Origin: Alphaproteobacteria bacterium
GTDB taxonomy: Bacteria; Pseudomonadota; Alphaproteobacteria; MPNO01; UBA830
Reading direction: 5' to 3'
NCBI GenBank assembly: GCA_964291215.2
Contig: OZ219791.1
Span: 1,088,001-1,152,000, forward strand
Length of the DNA stretch: 64,000 nucleotides
Position numbers and translations under genes: made by a program. Every line of letters begins with the position of its first letter. Position 1 is the first letter of the stretch. Positions 33,428 to 44,011 of this stretch are shown piece by piece. The notes under the pieces are model-generated. The model saw only the letters and a program-made list of their open reading frames with translations, did no database searches and was not told the DNA's origin.

Positions 33428-35796
33428 CCGATCCCGATGCGCTGTCCCGGCCCCGGTTCGTGGGCGCGCGGGTGGCGCGGAAGGAGGATCCGCGCCTCCT
33501 TGCCGGCGCCGGCAACTACGTTGCCGACATCAAGCGCCACGGCATGCTGCATGTCGCCTTCCGGCGGAGCGATCATGCCCATGCCAGGATCCGCGGCATC
33601 GACGTTTCCGCGGCCACGGCGAGTCCCGGCGTGGTTGCCGTCTATACGGGCGAGGACATCGGCCGGCTTGTCCGGCCCTACCGCGCGACATCGCGGATGA
33701 AGAACTACCAGGCGACGTTCATCCCTCCTGTCGCCGTCGGCAAGGTGCGCTATGTTGGTGAGGCAGTGGTTGCCGTCGTCGCCGAGAGCCGTTACATCGC
33801 GGAGGATGCGGCGGCGCTGATGGAGATCGATTTCGAGCCGCTTCCCGCGCTCGTCGACCCCGAACGGTCGGCCGCGGAAGGGGCGCTGAAAATCCACGAC
33901 GGCCTCGAATCCAACGTCCTTGCCGAACGCGCCTTTGACCGCGGCGACGTCGAGGCGGCATTCGCGTCCGCGCATACCGTGGCCGGGGCGCGGTTCCATT
34001 TCACGCGGACGACGCCGATGACGATCGAGGCCCGGGCCGCGGTTGCCGAGGTCGAGCGCGGAACGCGGGCGCTGACACTTCACTGCACGACCCAAATTCC
34101 GGGCATCGTCCGCGACAAGCTCTGCGAGCTTTTCGATCTTCCGGGGCCGCGCGTCCGCGTCATCGCCCCCGATGTCGGTGGCGGGTTCGGGGCCAAGACG
34201 TCGCTCTATTGCGAGGAAATCGTCGTCTGCGCGGCCGCCCGCGACCTCGGCCGCCCGGTCAAGTGGGTGAGCGACCGCATGGAGGACCTGATGACGACGG
34301 GCCACGCCTTCGACGAGATCGTCAGGGCGGAAATCGCACTCGACGCCGACGCGGGGATCCTCGGCTTGAAAGCGGATGTCGTCGGGGATATCGGCGCCTA
34401 TTCGATCTATCCCTGGACGGCGTCGATGGAGCCGGTGCAGGTCGTCAGTTTCCTGCCCGGGCCATACCGGATAGCCAACTATGCCGCGCGCGTGCGTTCG
34501 GTCGCCACCAACAAGACCCTGGGCGCCGCCTTTCGCGGCGTAGGCCGTCCGATCTCGGCCTTCGTGATGGAGCGGCTGATCGACATGGCCGCGCGCAAGG
34601 CCGGCATGGATGCGGTGGAGATCCGTCGACGCAATCTCGTCAACGACGACGAGTTTCCCTACAAGGCGCCGTCCGGGCTGGTGTGGGACCGGGCGGCGTT
34701 CCAGGCCTGCCTGCAACGGGCGTCCGACGACATCGGTTACGACGCACTGCGCCGGGAATGCGACGACGCGCGTGGCGCCGGCCGATGGATGGGTATCGGC
34801 GTCGCCTGCTACGCCGAGCTTACGGGCGTCGGCTCACGCATCGCTGTCGCGCCCGGGATGCCGATCAACACCGGCACGGAGACTGCGACGGTCGCCGTGG
34901 ATTCGACGGGTGCGGTGACCGCGAGCTTCGGGCTCACGAGCCAGGGCCAGGGCATGGAAACGACTCTTGCACAGGTCATCGCCGAGACGCTGGGCGTCAA
35001 GGTCGAGGAGGTCGATGTCGTGCTCGGCGATACCGCCGCCGTGAGCCACACCACGGGTACCTATGCGAGCCGCGCGGCGGTGTTCGGGGCCGGGGCGGGG
35101 ACGCTGGCGGCCCAGACCGTACGCGAGAAGATCATTCGCGTTGCCGGCCATCTCCTCGAGGCCAGCGAGGAGGACATCGAGACCGGGGACGGCAATGTCT
35201 GGGTCAAGGGTACCGACCGGTCGATGAAGATCAGCGATCTCGCCCGCGCCCTCTATTCGGAGATGGGCCGCGTGCCGAAGGAGATGCGCGACGAGATCGA
35301 CAATCTCGAGGCGACCCGCGTCTATGACCCGTTCTTCGGCACCACGACCTCGGCGACCCACATGTGCCTCGTCGAAATCGATCCCGAAACCTATGCCGTG
35401 ACCGTCCGGCGTTACGTGGTCGTCGAGGATTGCGGCCGCGTCATCAATCCCCTGATCGCGGACGGCCAGGCCCATGGCGGCGTCGCTCAGGGCCTGGGCG
35501 TGGCGCTCATGGAGGAGGTGGTCCATGACGGCGACGGCCAGCTTCTGACCGCCAGCCTCGTCGATTACGTCGTGCCGTCCGCGGTCGAGGTTCCGGACAT
35601 CGATGTCGTGCATGTCGAGGCCGAACTGCCGGGCACGATCGGCGGTTTCCGGGGCCTCGGGGAAGGCGGAACCATTGGCGCGCCTGCCTGCATCGCGAAT
35701 GCTGTGTCGGACGCGCTGGCCCCGCTCGGCATCGAGATCACGACGGTCCCCGCGACGCCGGAGCGCATTTTCAGGCTGGTGGAAGAGGCGCGGTGA
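33424..35796 (+). CDS. Xanthine dehydrogenase-family molybdopterin-binding (CoxL-like) subunit
   Basis: 'RKEDPRLL', 'GGGFGAK', 'QGQG', 'GTYASR', 'GLGEGG'; active-site loop AFRGVGR. Confidence 0.9.
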   Translation: MTDPDALSRPRFVGARVARKEDPRLLAGAGNYVADIKRHGMLHVAFRRSDHAHARIRGIDVSAATASPGVVAVYTGEDIGRLVRPYRATSRMKNYQATFIPPVAVGKVRYVGEAVVAVVAESRYIAEDAAALMEIDFEPLPALVDPERSAAEGALKIHDGLESNVLAERAFDRGDVEAAFASAHTVAGARFHFTRTTPMTIEARAAVAEVERGTRALTLHCTTQIPGIVRDKLCELFDLPGPRVRVIAPDVGGGFGAKTSLYCEEIVVCAAARDLGRPVKWVSDRMEDLMTTGHAFDEIVRAEIALDADAGILGLKADVVGDIGAYSIYPWTASMEPVQVVSFLPGPYRIANYAARVRSVATNKTLGAAFRGVGRPISAFVMERLIDMAARKAGMDAVEIRRRNLVNDDEFPYKAPSGLVWDRAAFQACLQRASDDIGYDALRRECDDARGAGRWMGIGVACYAELTGVGSRIAVAPGMPINTGTETATVAVDSTGAVTASFGLTSQGQGMETTLAQVIAETLGVKVEEVDVVLGDTAAVSHTTGTYASRAAVFGAGAGTLAAQTVREKIIRVAGHLLEASEEDIETGDGNVWVKGTDRSMKISDLARALYSEMGRVPKEMRDEIDNLEATRVYDPFFGTTTSATHMCLVEIDPETYAVTVRRYVVVEDCGRVINPLIADGQAHGGVAQGLGVALMEEVVHDGDGQLLTASLVDYVVPSAVEVPDIDVVHVEAELPGTIGGFRGLGEGGTIGAPACIANAVSDALAPLGIEITTVPATPERIFRLVEEAR

Positions 35797-35807
35797 CGGA
35801 TCCAGCC

Positions 35808-35845
35808 GTGCTGCGCCCACCCGCCGGTGCTGCGCCCACCCGCCG
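35808..35845. repeat. 19-bp direct tandem repeat x2
   Basis: GTGCTGCGCCCACCCGCCG twice, intergenic. Confidence 0.85.
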
Positions 35846-35916
35846 TGATGCCGCTGCCGCGATGAAGCGGCCGGCCGCATGACGCTCCGCAATGCCGCGG
35901 CGGCCATGTCCTGCCG

Positions 35917-37212
35917 ATGACCGGCCTTGCGCCGCGGGAGGCGGCGGCGGCCGTGCTGGGACAGGTGCTTTCCGGCGGCAGCATCCTCGACGACGTGTTG
36001 CGGACGGAATCGCGGCTCGCCCGGCTCGATGCCCGCGACCGCGCCTTCGCGCGCAATCTGGCGGCGACGGTGTTGCGCCGGCTCGGGCAGATCGATTCAA
36101 TCATCGGGTCCTGCCTCGACCGTCCGCTGCCGCGATCCGGGAAGGGCGCCCGCATGGCGCTGCGCCTCGGCCTCTGCCAGATCCTGTTTCTCGACACCCG
36201 GACGCATGCCGCCGTCGATACCTCGGTAGCGTTGGCCCGCCGCCACGGCCCGGAGAAGTTCTCCGGGGTCGTGAATGCCGTCCTGCGGCGTGTAGCGCGC
36301 GGGGATCGCGATCGGTTGCTCACCCGCCATCCATCGTCGCTCAACGTGCCGGACTGGCTGCGTCGATCGTGGACAGCAGCCTACGGGGACGAGGCCACGG
36401 CGGAGATCGCGGCTGTCCACCTGATGCCCCCTCCGCTCGACCTGACGGTCAGGAGCGATCCGGCGGTCTGGGCGGAGCGGCTCGGGGGCGAGCATCTCTG
36501 GGCGGATTCTGTCCGGATCGGGAGCGGCGGAGTGGTTTCTGAACTCGACGGTTATGCGGACGGCGCTTGGTGGGTTCAGGACGTGGCTGCGACGCTGCCT
36601 GCGCGGTTGCTGGCGCGGAACATCGCCCCGGGCGCGCGGGTCCTGGACATGTGCGCGGCACCCGGCGGAAAGACGGCGCAACTGGCTGCCGCCGGCTTCG
36701 ACGTGACGGCGGTCGACATGTCGCTAGAACGGCTGCAGCTTGTCGCGGAGAACCTTCAAAGGCTCGGGTTGTCGGCGCAGTTGGTGGCGGCGGACGCTAC
36801 TGACTGGACGGTGCCGCACCCGTTCGACGCTGTGCTCGTCGACGCGCCCTGCAGCGCGACCGGGACCATTCGGCGCCATCCCGACATACCGCTCCTCCGG
36901 ACGCGTGCGGAGGTCGAACGCCTTGTCCGAATCCAGGCGCGTCTTCTCGGGGCGGCCTCGGCGCTTGCTGCGCTGGACGGTATCGTCGTCTACAGCGTCT
37001 GTTCGCTCGAGGTGGAGGAAGGCCAGGGAATCGTGGAGGCGGCTTGCGGCGAGGGGGGCGGCCTCGGGCGTGATCCGGTCGGCCGTGCCGAGCTTGAAGG
37101 GCTCCCGGTCCGGATTTCGGATGCCGGGGACATCCGTACCCTGCCCAGCGACATGGCGGACCGCGGAGGGATGGACGGTTTCTTCGTCAGCCGACTCAGG
37201 AAGGCAGCGTAG
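35917..37212 (+). CDS. rsmB: RsmB/NOP (Sun) RNA m5C methyltransferase with NusB-like N-terminus
   Basis: 'VNAVLR', 'WWVQD', 'DMCAAPGGKT', 'DAPCSATGTIRRHPD', 'YSVCSL'. Confidence 0.9.
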   Translation: MTGLAPREAAAAVLGQVLSGGSILDDVLRTESRLARLDARDRAFARNLAATVLRRLGQIDSIIGSCLDRPLPRSGKGARMALRLGLCQILFLDTRTHAAVDTSVALARRHGPEKFSGVVNAVLRRVARGDRDRLLTRHPSSLNVPDWLRRSWTAAYGDEATAEIAAVHLMPPPLDLTVRSDPAVWAERLGGEHLWADSVRIGSGGVVSELDGYADGAWWVQDVAATLPARLLARNIAPGARVLDMCAAPGGKTAQLAAAGFDVTAVDMSLERLQLVAENLQRLGLSAQLVAADATDWTVPHPFDAVLVDAPCSATGTIRRHPDIPLLRTRAEVERLVRIQARLLGAASALAALDGIVVYSVCSLEVEEGQGIVEAACGEGGGLGRDPVGRAELEGLPVRISDAGDIRTLPSDMADRGGMDGFFVSRLRKAA

Positions 37213-37450
37213 CACGCCCCCGCAGTACGGTCCCCGGGCATCCGTGGTCGATGCGGAGCGAACTCGCGAAGGGCTTTTCGGCATGGCGTTTCGGTATGTC
37301 CGCGTAGCGGGAGGCGCCTTCAGGCGACGGGCACGGGGGGGGTGTCGAAGATTTGGAAGGACCGTTTCCCCGAGCTTGCCGGCACGGCGGCAAGCTGATA
37401 CCTAAAAACCCTTTGGGCCGCTTCGTTCGGCCTCCTGCCGATGCGAAACG

Positions 37451-38152
37451 GTGACCACCAAGCCATCCGGATCGATCGTGAAGACCGTGAAACAGCCGCC
37501 CCGCATCGCACCGTCCATCCTTGCAGCCGATTTCGCTGCGCTGGGCGGGGAGGTGCGTGCGGTGACAGCCGCTGGGGCCGACTACATCCATATCGACGTC
37601 ATGGACGGGCATTTCGTGCCCAACCTCACGATAGGCCCTGCCGTGATCGGTGCGCTTCGGCCCTGCAGCGACCTCACATTCGACGTCCATCTGATGATTT
37701 CGCCGGTTGAGCCCTATATCGAGGCCTTCGCCGAAGCGGGTGCCGACATCATCACCGTCCACCCCGAGGCCGGGCCCCACCTGCACCGGACTATCCAGAG
37801 CATCAAGGCGCGCGGCAAGAAGGCCGGCGTCTCGATCAACCCGGCAACACCGGTTGCCGCGGCCATCGAGGTGCTCGACGAGGTGGATCTGGTATTGGTG
37901 ATGAGCGTCAACCCGGGCTTCGGCGGCCAAGCGTTCATTTCTGGTGTGCTTGGCAAGATTCGCGCCTTGCGGGAGGCGATCGACGAGTCCGGTCGGCAGA
38001 TCGACCTCGAGGTCGACGGCGGCATCAACGGCCGCACGGCATCCCTTGCGCTGGAGGCCGGCGCCGATGTTCTGGTTGCTGGCACCGCGGTATTCGATGG
38101 CGGCCCGGAGAAGTACGCAGACAACATTCGCGAGCTTCGCGGTCGCGGATGA
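37451..38152 (+). CDS. rpe: Ribulose-phosphate 3-epimerase
   Basis: '[10 protein letters not shown]', '[12 protein letters not shown]', '[10 protein letters not shown]', 'EVDGGI'. Confidence 0.97.
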   Translation: MTTKPSGSIVKTVKQPPRIAPSILAADFAALGGEVRAVTAAGADYIHIDVMDGHFVPNLTIGPAVIGALRPCSDLTFDVHLMISPVEPYIEAFAEAGADIITVHPEAGPHLHRTIQSIKARGKKAGVSINPATPVAAAIEVLDEVDLVLVMSVNPGFGGQAFISGVLGKIRALREAIDESGRQIDLEVDGGINGRTASLALEAGADVLVAGTAVFDGGPEKYADNIRELRGRG

Positions 38153-39834
38153 GCGAGGGCGCCAAGGTTCGGAAGATCCGAGTCCCCGCGCGCCGCCGCG
38201 GCCCGCGCGCTTCCGCAACATCAGGCCCGCTGTACAACGCCGCGCAGGGTTTCGCCTACCGGGTCGCCCGGCTCTGGTTCCGCGGACTGTTCTACGGATA
38301 CTCGCTCAGAGGAGCGGTACCCCGCAGGATTCTCTTCATTCCGCATGACGACAGGGTCGGGAACGCGCGAAACGGGCAGGCGATTCTCGGCGGTCGCGCC
38401 CGGTTTCTCGACATCGTTAACGAGAAACCCCGTGCCGATGGGGCAGGGGTGGGCCGCGACCGGGGGGTGTTCGTCGAGTATCACGGCTTCGACTGGCTCC
38501 GGGATCTTCACGTCATCGACACGGGGGCGGCGCGCAACAGCGCCGGGGCGCTCATCGAGACGTGGATACGCTGGAACTCCAGATGGCATCCGCTCTCCTG
38601 GCGTCCAGACATCCTTTCGCGGCGTATCTGCAACTGGCTGATGCACGCCGATTTTATTGCGGCAGACCGGGACGATCGCTTTCCGTCGCTGTTTCTAGAC
38701 AGCCTCGCCCGGCAGGTTCGCCACCTGCGCCGCGCCCGGCCCTTTCTTCTCCATGACCTGGACCGTCTCGTCGCCCTCAAGGCGCTGCTCTACGGGGCAC
38801 TCTGCCTCCCGGGCGGCGTCCGGGAAATTCCGGGACTTCTGCAGCAGATCATCAGGACCTGCGAAAAGCAGTTCCTTCCCGACGGCGGCCATGTCCGCAG
38901 GAATCCCGAAGCCCAGTTCGAGGCGCTTCAGGTGCTGGTCGAGATCCGCGACGCGGTGCGCGATGCCGGGCTTGCGGTTCCCGACGAGTTGCGGGATCTG
39001 ATCCGGCGGGTCGCCGCCATGGCGGCATTCTTTCGCCATGGCGATGGCGGCCTGGCGTTGTTTAACGGCGCGAGCGAGGGCGATCCGCTCGCGCTTGCAC
39101 GGCTTCTCAAGCGCGCTGGCACCCCGGCACCCAAATTCATGTCGGCGCGGAGCACCGGATTCGAGCAGATCCGGGCGGACCGGAACCGGCTTATCGTCGA
39201 TTGCGGGCCGCCGGCCAGCGGTGTTGCCGGTACGTTGGCCTTCGAATTCAGCACTGCCAGACAGCGCATCGTCGTCAATTGCGGTGGTGCCGACCGAGCT
39301 GACTACAGTTGGGAACAGTTTCTGAGAACGACCGCTGCGCATTCCACGCTCGTCGTCGAGAATACCAATTCCTCGGTGATTCGGAACGACGGAACCTTGG
39401 GAGACGGTCCGAGCGCGGTAATCTGCAAGCGCCGTGAAGGGGACGGCGAGACCTTGATCGAGATGAGCCACGACGGCTACGTGCGGACGCACGGGCTCAC
39501 GCATCACCGCCGCCTTTACATGACGGCGCGCGGAACCGAGCTTCGCGGAGAGGACAGGCTTGCCGGCACCGGCGACCACCGGTTCGATATCAGATTTCAT
39601 CTCCATCCGTTGGTCCGCGCATCGATTCTTCGAAACGGAACCTCGGTGCTTCTGCAGCTTCCGAACCGGGTCGGCTGGCGGCTGCTCTGTAACGGCGGAA
39701 CTGCGAGCCTCGAGGAGAGCATCTATCTCGGCAGCTCCGGAAACGCCCGGCGGTCCGAGCAGATCGTCATCAGCGGCGCGACCCGGAACGGCGACGCTGT
39801 CGTGAAGTGGTCCCTCGCCGAGCTGGTGCGGTGA
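38149..39834 (+). CDS. Heparinase II/III family protein
   Basis: 'HGFDWLRDL', 'DGGHVRRNP', '[12 protein letters not shown]', 'RTTAAHST', 'SHDGY', 'RFHLHP'; usual neighbour of purH. Confidence 0.85.
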   Translation: MSEGAKVRKIRVPARRRGPRASATSGPLYNAAQGFAYRVARLWFRGLFYGYSLRGAVPRRILFIPHDDRVGNARNGQAILGGRARFLDIVNEKPRADGAGVGRDRGVFVEYHGFDWLRDLHVIDTGAARNSAGALIETWIRWNSRWHPLSWRPDILSRRICNWLMHADFIAADRDDRFPSLFLDSLARQVRHLRRARPFLLHDLDRLVALKALLYGALCLPGGVREIPGLLQQIIRTCEKQFLPDGGHVRRNPEAQFEALQVLVEIRDAVRDAGLAVPDELRDLIRRVAAMAAFFRHGDGGLALFNGASEGDPLALARLLKRAGTPAPKFMSARSTGFEQIRADRNRLIVDCGPPASGVAGTLAFEFSTARQRIVVNCGGADRADYSWEQFLRTTAAHSTLVVENTNSSVIRNDGTLGDGPSAVICKRREGDGETLIEMSHDGYVRTHGLTHHRRLYMTARGTELRGEDRLAGTGDHRFDIRFHLHPLVRASILRNGTSVLLQLPNRVGWRLLCNGGTASLEESIYLGSSGNARRSEQIVISGATRNGDAVVKWSLAELVR

Positions 39835-39886
39835 ATGGCTGCACATCGGTTGCGCCCGGAACCGGTGAAACCGGGACGGCATGGCG

Positions 39887-40069
39887 CAGGGCTCTTCTTT
39901 TGTCCGGTTTCGTCCGACGAGGGGCGTTGTAGGCAGATCTGGAGGTCCATTCGGGGGCGGATTTCGTTGTCGATATGCCGGTTCCGACCTTGTGACGGTG
40001 CTACCAACTTCAAGAACGGCCACTCTGACACGGTTGTCCGCCGCCGGTCGCGACAACAGAATGGTCTTG
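39887..40069. mobile_element. MITE family 1, copy 1 (183 bp)
   Basis: Near-identical to 58098-58281; imperfect TIRs CAGGGCTCTTC/GAATGGTCTTG; 9-bp TSD GGCATGGCG (39878-39886, 40070-40078). Confidence 0.85.
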
Positions 40070-40191
40070 GGCATGGCGGGCGATTCTTTCCCGCACACGA
40101 GCTTCCCTGTACGGTAGTCGCGTCCCCGGATGAGGCTCGGCGGTTCCGGCCATCAGGCCTGTTCACGGGACCGGATCCCGGAGAAAGTGCA

Positions 40192-41763
40192 ATGACCGAG
40201 CAGTACCGCGCCGTGCAGCGGGCGCTCATATCGGTGTCCGACAAGACCGGACTTCTGGAGTTCGCAAGGTTTCTCGACCAGTCCGGCGTCGAAATTCTCT
40301 CGACCGGCGGCACCGCGCGGACGCTTCGCGAAGCGGGCGTCGACGTGGTCGAGGTCAGCGACCACACCGGATTCCCCGAAATCATGGATGGCCGCGTCAA
40401 GACTCTGCATCCCGCCATTCATGGCGGCATTCTCGCGCGTCGTGACGACGCCGCCCATGTCGGCGCGATGGAGGATCACGACATCGCGCCGATCGATCTT
40501 GTTGCGGTCAATCTCTACCCGTTCGAGGAAACCGTGAGCGCCGGGAGCGGATTTGCCGACTGCGTCGATAACATCGATATCGGCGGCCCGGCGCTGATCC
40601 GGGCCGCCGCCAAGAACCATGACAGTGTCGCCGTGGTGACCGATGCCGACGACTATGCGGCCGTGATGGATGATCTCCGCGCCCACGGCGGTACCGGCGA
40701 CGAACTCCGCCGCCGCCTCGCCGCCATCGCCTATGCCCGCACGGCGGCCTATGACGCCGCCATCGCACAGTGGCTGGCGCGGCAGGGCGGTACGGCGTTC
40801 CCCCGCCACCATGTCGTTGCCGGTACCCGCCGCCAGACGTTGCGCTACGGCGAAAATCCGCACCAGAAAGCCGCATTCTATGCGGTGGGAGAGGCCTCTC
40901 CCGGGCTTGCCACCGCGCGCCAGCTCCAGGGCCGGGAATTGTCCTACAACAACCTCAACGACATCGACGCCGCGCTTGCGCTGGCGGCCGAATTCGACCT
41001 GCCCGCCGTCGCCATAATCAAGCATGCCAATCCCTGTGGCGTGGCGGTCGGCGACACGCTTGCCGACGCCTGGGACGCGGCGCTCAGATGCGATCCGGTC
41101 AGCGCCTTCGGCGGCATCGTCGCCGTCAACCGCCCTCTCGATGCGGCGATCGCCGCGGCACTGGCCGGCCTGTTTCTCGAAGTCATCATCGCGCCTTCGG
41201 TCGAACCTGACGCCGTGTCGGCCCTGGCGGCGAAGAAGAATCTGCGTCTTCTGGAGACCGGTGGCATGCCTGATCCGTGCGCTCCCGGGCGCAGGGTCAA
41301 GGCACTGTCGGGCGGTTTCCTGCTGCAGGACCGAGACATCGGGCGCATTCGCGCCGAGGATCTAGAGGTGGTGACGCGGCGGGCACCGAAGGATCGCGAG
41401 ATCGCCGACCTGTTGTTCGCCTTCACGGTAGCCAAGCACGTGCAGTCGAACGCGATCGTCTATGCGCGGGACGGTGCGACCGTAGGCATAGGCGCCGGCC
41501 AGATGAGCCGGGTCGATTCGGCCCGCATCGCGGCGTGGAAATACGAACAGGCCGGCCTTGCCGAGACCGGCGTCGACGCGCCTCCGGTGGTTGCGTCAGA
41601 CGCCTTCTTTCCGTTTGCCGACGGGCTGGTTTCGGCGGCCGCGGCGGGCGTCAGCGCGGTCATCCAGCCCGGAGGGTCGATACGCGACGACGAGATCATC
41701 GCCGCCGCCGACGCGCGCGATCTGGCAATGGTGTTCACCGGCCAGCGGCATTTCCGGCACTGA
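40192..41763 (+). CDS. purH: Bifunctional AICAR transformylase/IMP cyclohydrolase
   Basis: '[11 protein letters not shown]', 'GRVKTLHP', 'LRYGENPHQ', 'SDAFFPF', C-terminal 'RHFRH'. Confidence 0.97.
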   Translation: MTEQYRAVQRALISVSDKTGLLEFARFLDQSGVEILSTGGTARTLREAGVDVVEVSDHTGFPEIMDGRVKTLHPAIHGGILARRDDAAHVGAMEDHDIAPIDLVAVNLYPFEETVSAGSGFADCVDNIDIGGPALIRAAAKNHDSVAVVTDADDYAAVMDDLRAHGGTGDELRRRLAAIAYARTAAYDAAIAQWLARQGGTAFPRHHVVAGTRRQTLRYGENPHQKAAFYAVGEASPGLATARQLQGRELSYNNLNDIDAALALAAEFDLPAVAIIKHANPCGVAVGDTLADAWDAALRCDPVSAFGGIVAVNRPLDAAIAAALAGLFLEVIIAPSVEPDAVSALAAKKNLRLLETGGMPDPCAPGRRVKALSGGFLLQDRDIGRIRAEDLEVVTRRAPKDREIADLLFAFTVAKHVQSNAIVYARDGATVGIGAGQMSRVDSARIAAWKYEQAGLAETGVDAPPVVASDAFFPFADGLVSAAAAGVSAVIQPGGSIRDDEIIAAADARDLAMVFTGQRHFRH

Positions 41764-41784
41764 GCGGAGACGCCGGATGGTGGC

Positions 41785-43116
41785 TCAGCCGGACGGCCGG
41801 ACCTTCAAGATCAGGATCACGAGGCCGATCGTGAGGAACACGAAGATCGTCGACATGCCGATGCTTTGCGACTGCGTGAGCGCGGTGACGGTCGCAAGCA
41901 CGAACGGTCCCACATAGGCGGTGGCCCGGCCGGAGAACGCGAACAGGCCGAACATCTCGGTGCCGTACTCCCTCGGCGCCAGGTGAGCCATCAGCGACCT
42001 GCTTGCTGCCTGCGCCGGTCCGACGAACAGGCCGAGCGGTATGGCGAAGATCAGGAACCAGAGCAGCGAACCGGCTATCAGCGCCGGGATCCCGAGTGCC
42101 ATAAGCCCGGCCAGCGCGATCGCGATCGTGGTTTTCGAGCCAAGGTAATCGTCTATCCACGAGAAGCCGGCGGCGCCGAGGCCGGCTGTGACGTTGATCG
42201 CGATCCCGAACAGCAGAATGTCGAGCGCCGACATGCCGAAAGCCTGGCCGGCATAGACCCCGCCGAAAGCGAAGAGCGTGTTCATGCCGTCCACATAGAA
42301 CAGGCGCGAGAGGAGGAACCAGGCCACGTTGCGATATTCGCGGACCCGCCGGATCGTGGATACGAGCGTTGAAATGCCGTCGCGCACCGTCAGCCACCAG
42401 CTGCACGCGCTTGCCTGCCCGTCAGGGACGAACAGGAACAGCGGCAGGCAGAAGACGGCGAACCAGACCGCGACGAACGGTCCCATCACCCGTTGCGTTT
42501 CAAGGAACTCCGTGGTGAGACCGAACAGCGGGGCGTCGGGCAGGATGAAGGACAGCGGGGTCTTCGAGATGAACTCGGCGGCACCCGTGCCCGGGAGGAC
42601 GAATCCGAACAGCAGGACTAGCAGGGAACTGAGTCCCCCCGCATAGCCGAGCCCCCAGCCCCATCCCGAGACGCGCCCGATCCGGTTCTTGGGCGTGATG
42701 TCCGGCAGGATCGCGTTGTAGAAGGCCTGTCCCAGCTCGAAGGCGACATTGCCGATGACGAACAGGATCAGTGCGGTCAGCGCGAAAGAGGGGTCCGGAA
42801 AGGCGAACCAGAGGAGGGCGGCAGAGATCACGGTCACGACCGTGAATGCCGCAAGCCACGGCTTGCGGCGCCCCGAACTGTCGGCGATCGATCCCAGGAT
42901 CGGTGCGAGAAGCGCGATCAGGACCCCCGAGATCGAAACCGCGTAGCCCCACTGCGCCGTCCCGGAGATCTTGTCTCCGACGATGCTCTGCACGAAATAA
43001 TGGGGGAACACGAAGCTGATGATGACGGTGGGGAAAGCCGAGTTGGCCCAGTCATAAAGACACCAGGCAACACGTGCCGCACGCGACCCCTCGGGAGATG
43101 AAGCTTCCCCGATCAT
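41785..43116 (-). CDS. MFS transporter (UMF1/ATG22-like)
   Basis: '[11 protein letters not shown]', '[15 protein letters not shown]', 'QAASRSLM', '[10 protein letters not shown]'. Confidence 0.88.
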   Translation of the reverse strand: MIGEASSPEGSRAARVAWCLYDWANSAFPTVIISFVFPHYFVQSIVGDKISGTAQWGYAVSISGVLIALLAPILGSIADSSGRRKPWLAAFTVVTVISAALLWFAFPDPSFALTALILFVIGNVAFELGQAFYNAILPDITPKNRIGRVSGWGWGLGYAGGLSSLLVLLFGFVLPGTGAAEFISKTPLSFILPDAPLFGLTTEFLETQRVMGPFVAVWFAVFCLPLFLFVPDGQASACSWWLTVRDGISTLVSTIRRVREYRNVAWFLLSRLFYVDGMNTLFAFGGVYAGQAFGMSALDILLFGIAINVTAGLGAAGFSWIDDYLGSKTTIAIALAGLMALGIPALIAGSLLWFLIFAIPLGLFVGPAQAASRSLMAHLAPREYGTEMFGLFAFSGRATAYVGPFVLATVTALTQSQSIGMSTIFVFLTIGLVILILKVRPSG

Positions 43117-43287
43117 CGGCCGCTCATAGCACAGGTCGCGAGAGCTGGGCAAATTCACCGGTGGCGCCCGCGTGGCCCGGCTCCTGCCCGCAATCGACGG
43201 AAAGGGCAGACACAGGGGTGGAGTGCCGGACTTGCCACCGGCGGCCGACCGTCATATGGGTGGCCGGAACATCGGCATGGAGGAAAG

Positions 43288-43479
43288 ATGGGCGGGATAT
43301 GGCAGGCCCATGAGGCGGGCGCCCGGTTCGGCGAGTTCCTTGACGCGTGCGTCAGGGACGGGCCGCAGATCGTGACCAGGCACGGCGTGGAGACGGCCCT
43401 GCCGATCGGGCAATGGCGGGAGATGCAGGAAACGGCGGAACCCGGTCTGACCGGCCTGCTGTTTTCCCCCGAGGACTGA
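43288..43479 (+). pseudogene. Phd/YefM antitoxin remnant, no toxin downstream
   Basis: 'WQAHEAGARFGEFLDACVRDGPQIVTRHGVET'; GGAGG RBS; appears internally shortened. Confidence 0.65.
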
Positions 43480-43895
43480 ACGGAGGCGCCCGCGCCGCCC
43501 CGCATGCGGTGCCGGTTCCGTTCGGGATCGGATTTGGGGCTTTTCAGCAACCTGATTTCCGCGAGGAGATTTAGGCAGGTTCGCCGTCGCGCTGCGGCTC
43601 CTGTTTCGCTCCGATCCGACGCCCTTTTCCGGTATCGCTTCGGGGTTTCACCGCCACCCGATCTGCTTGTCCGGCCGGTTCCGCGGCTTGTCGCTCGCCG
43701 ACGGTCCGCCACAGTGATCACGCCTGCCGTCAGGGAGAACGCCAATGGAACGCGAGCACGTCAATCCGGAAGGTGGTTTCGGGTGCTTCGCCCTTGCGTG
43801 GATCGCTACGGGGCGACCGGCATGCTGCCCCGGTCGGCCCTTGCCGGCGGATTCCACCCTTGACCGCTTAGCGGACCTGATCCACTATACAGCTC

Positions 43896-43950
43896 ATAGC
43901 GCCGATTTGAGCGACAGCTTGCGGGCGCTCTACAAGTGCGGCTAAAGCGT
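43896..43950 (+). ncRNA. SAM-II (SAM-alpha) riboswitch
   Basis: AGCGCC-GATTT-GAGCGACAGC-TTGC-GGGCGCT...GCTAAA matches the SAM-II pattern; directly upstream of metH. Confidence 0.8.
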
Positions 43951-43953
43951 TAG

Positions 43954-43988
43954 GCCCGTCCGGCGCAAGCTGCGGCGGGCATTTTCTT
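43954..43988 (+). terminator. Hairpin plus T-rich tail between the riboswitch and metH
   Basis: GCCCGTCCG...CGGCGGGC followed by ATTTTCTT. Confidence 0.45.
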
Positions 43989-44011
43989 GGGGCGGGTAAC
44001 GGAGGCAAGGC

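Noticed and set aside
33424-35796. Aerobic CO dehydrogenase (coxL form I)
   Set aside because: Lacks the AYxCSFR signature
39835-40191. 119-aa N-terminal extension of PurH
   Set aside because: The open frame runs through a MITE; homology and RBS point to ATG 40192
40080-40191. ZMP/ZTP riboswitch upstream of purH
   Set aside because: Conserved ZTP motif elements were not found by eye
43535-43554. Possible IS end remnant GGGGCTTTTCAGCAACCTG
   Set aside because: No partner end, TSD or transposase found; too short to support
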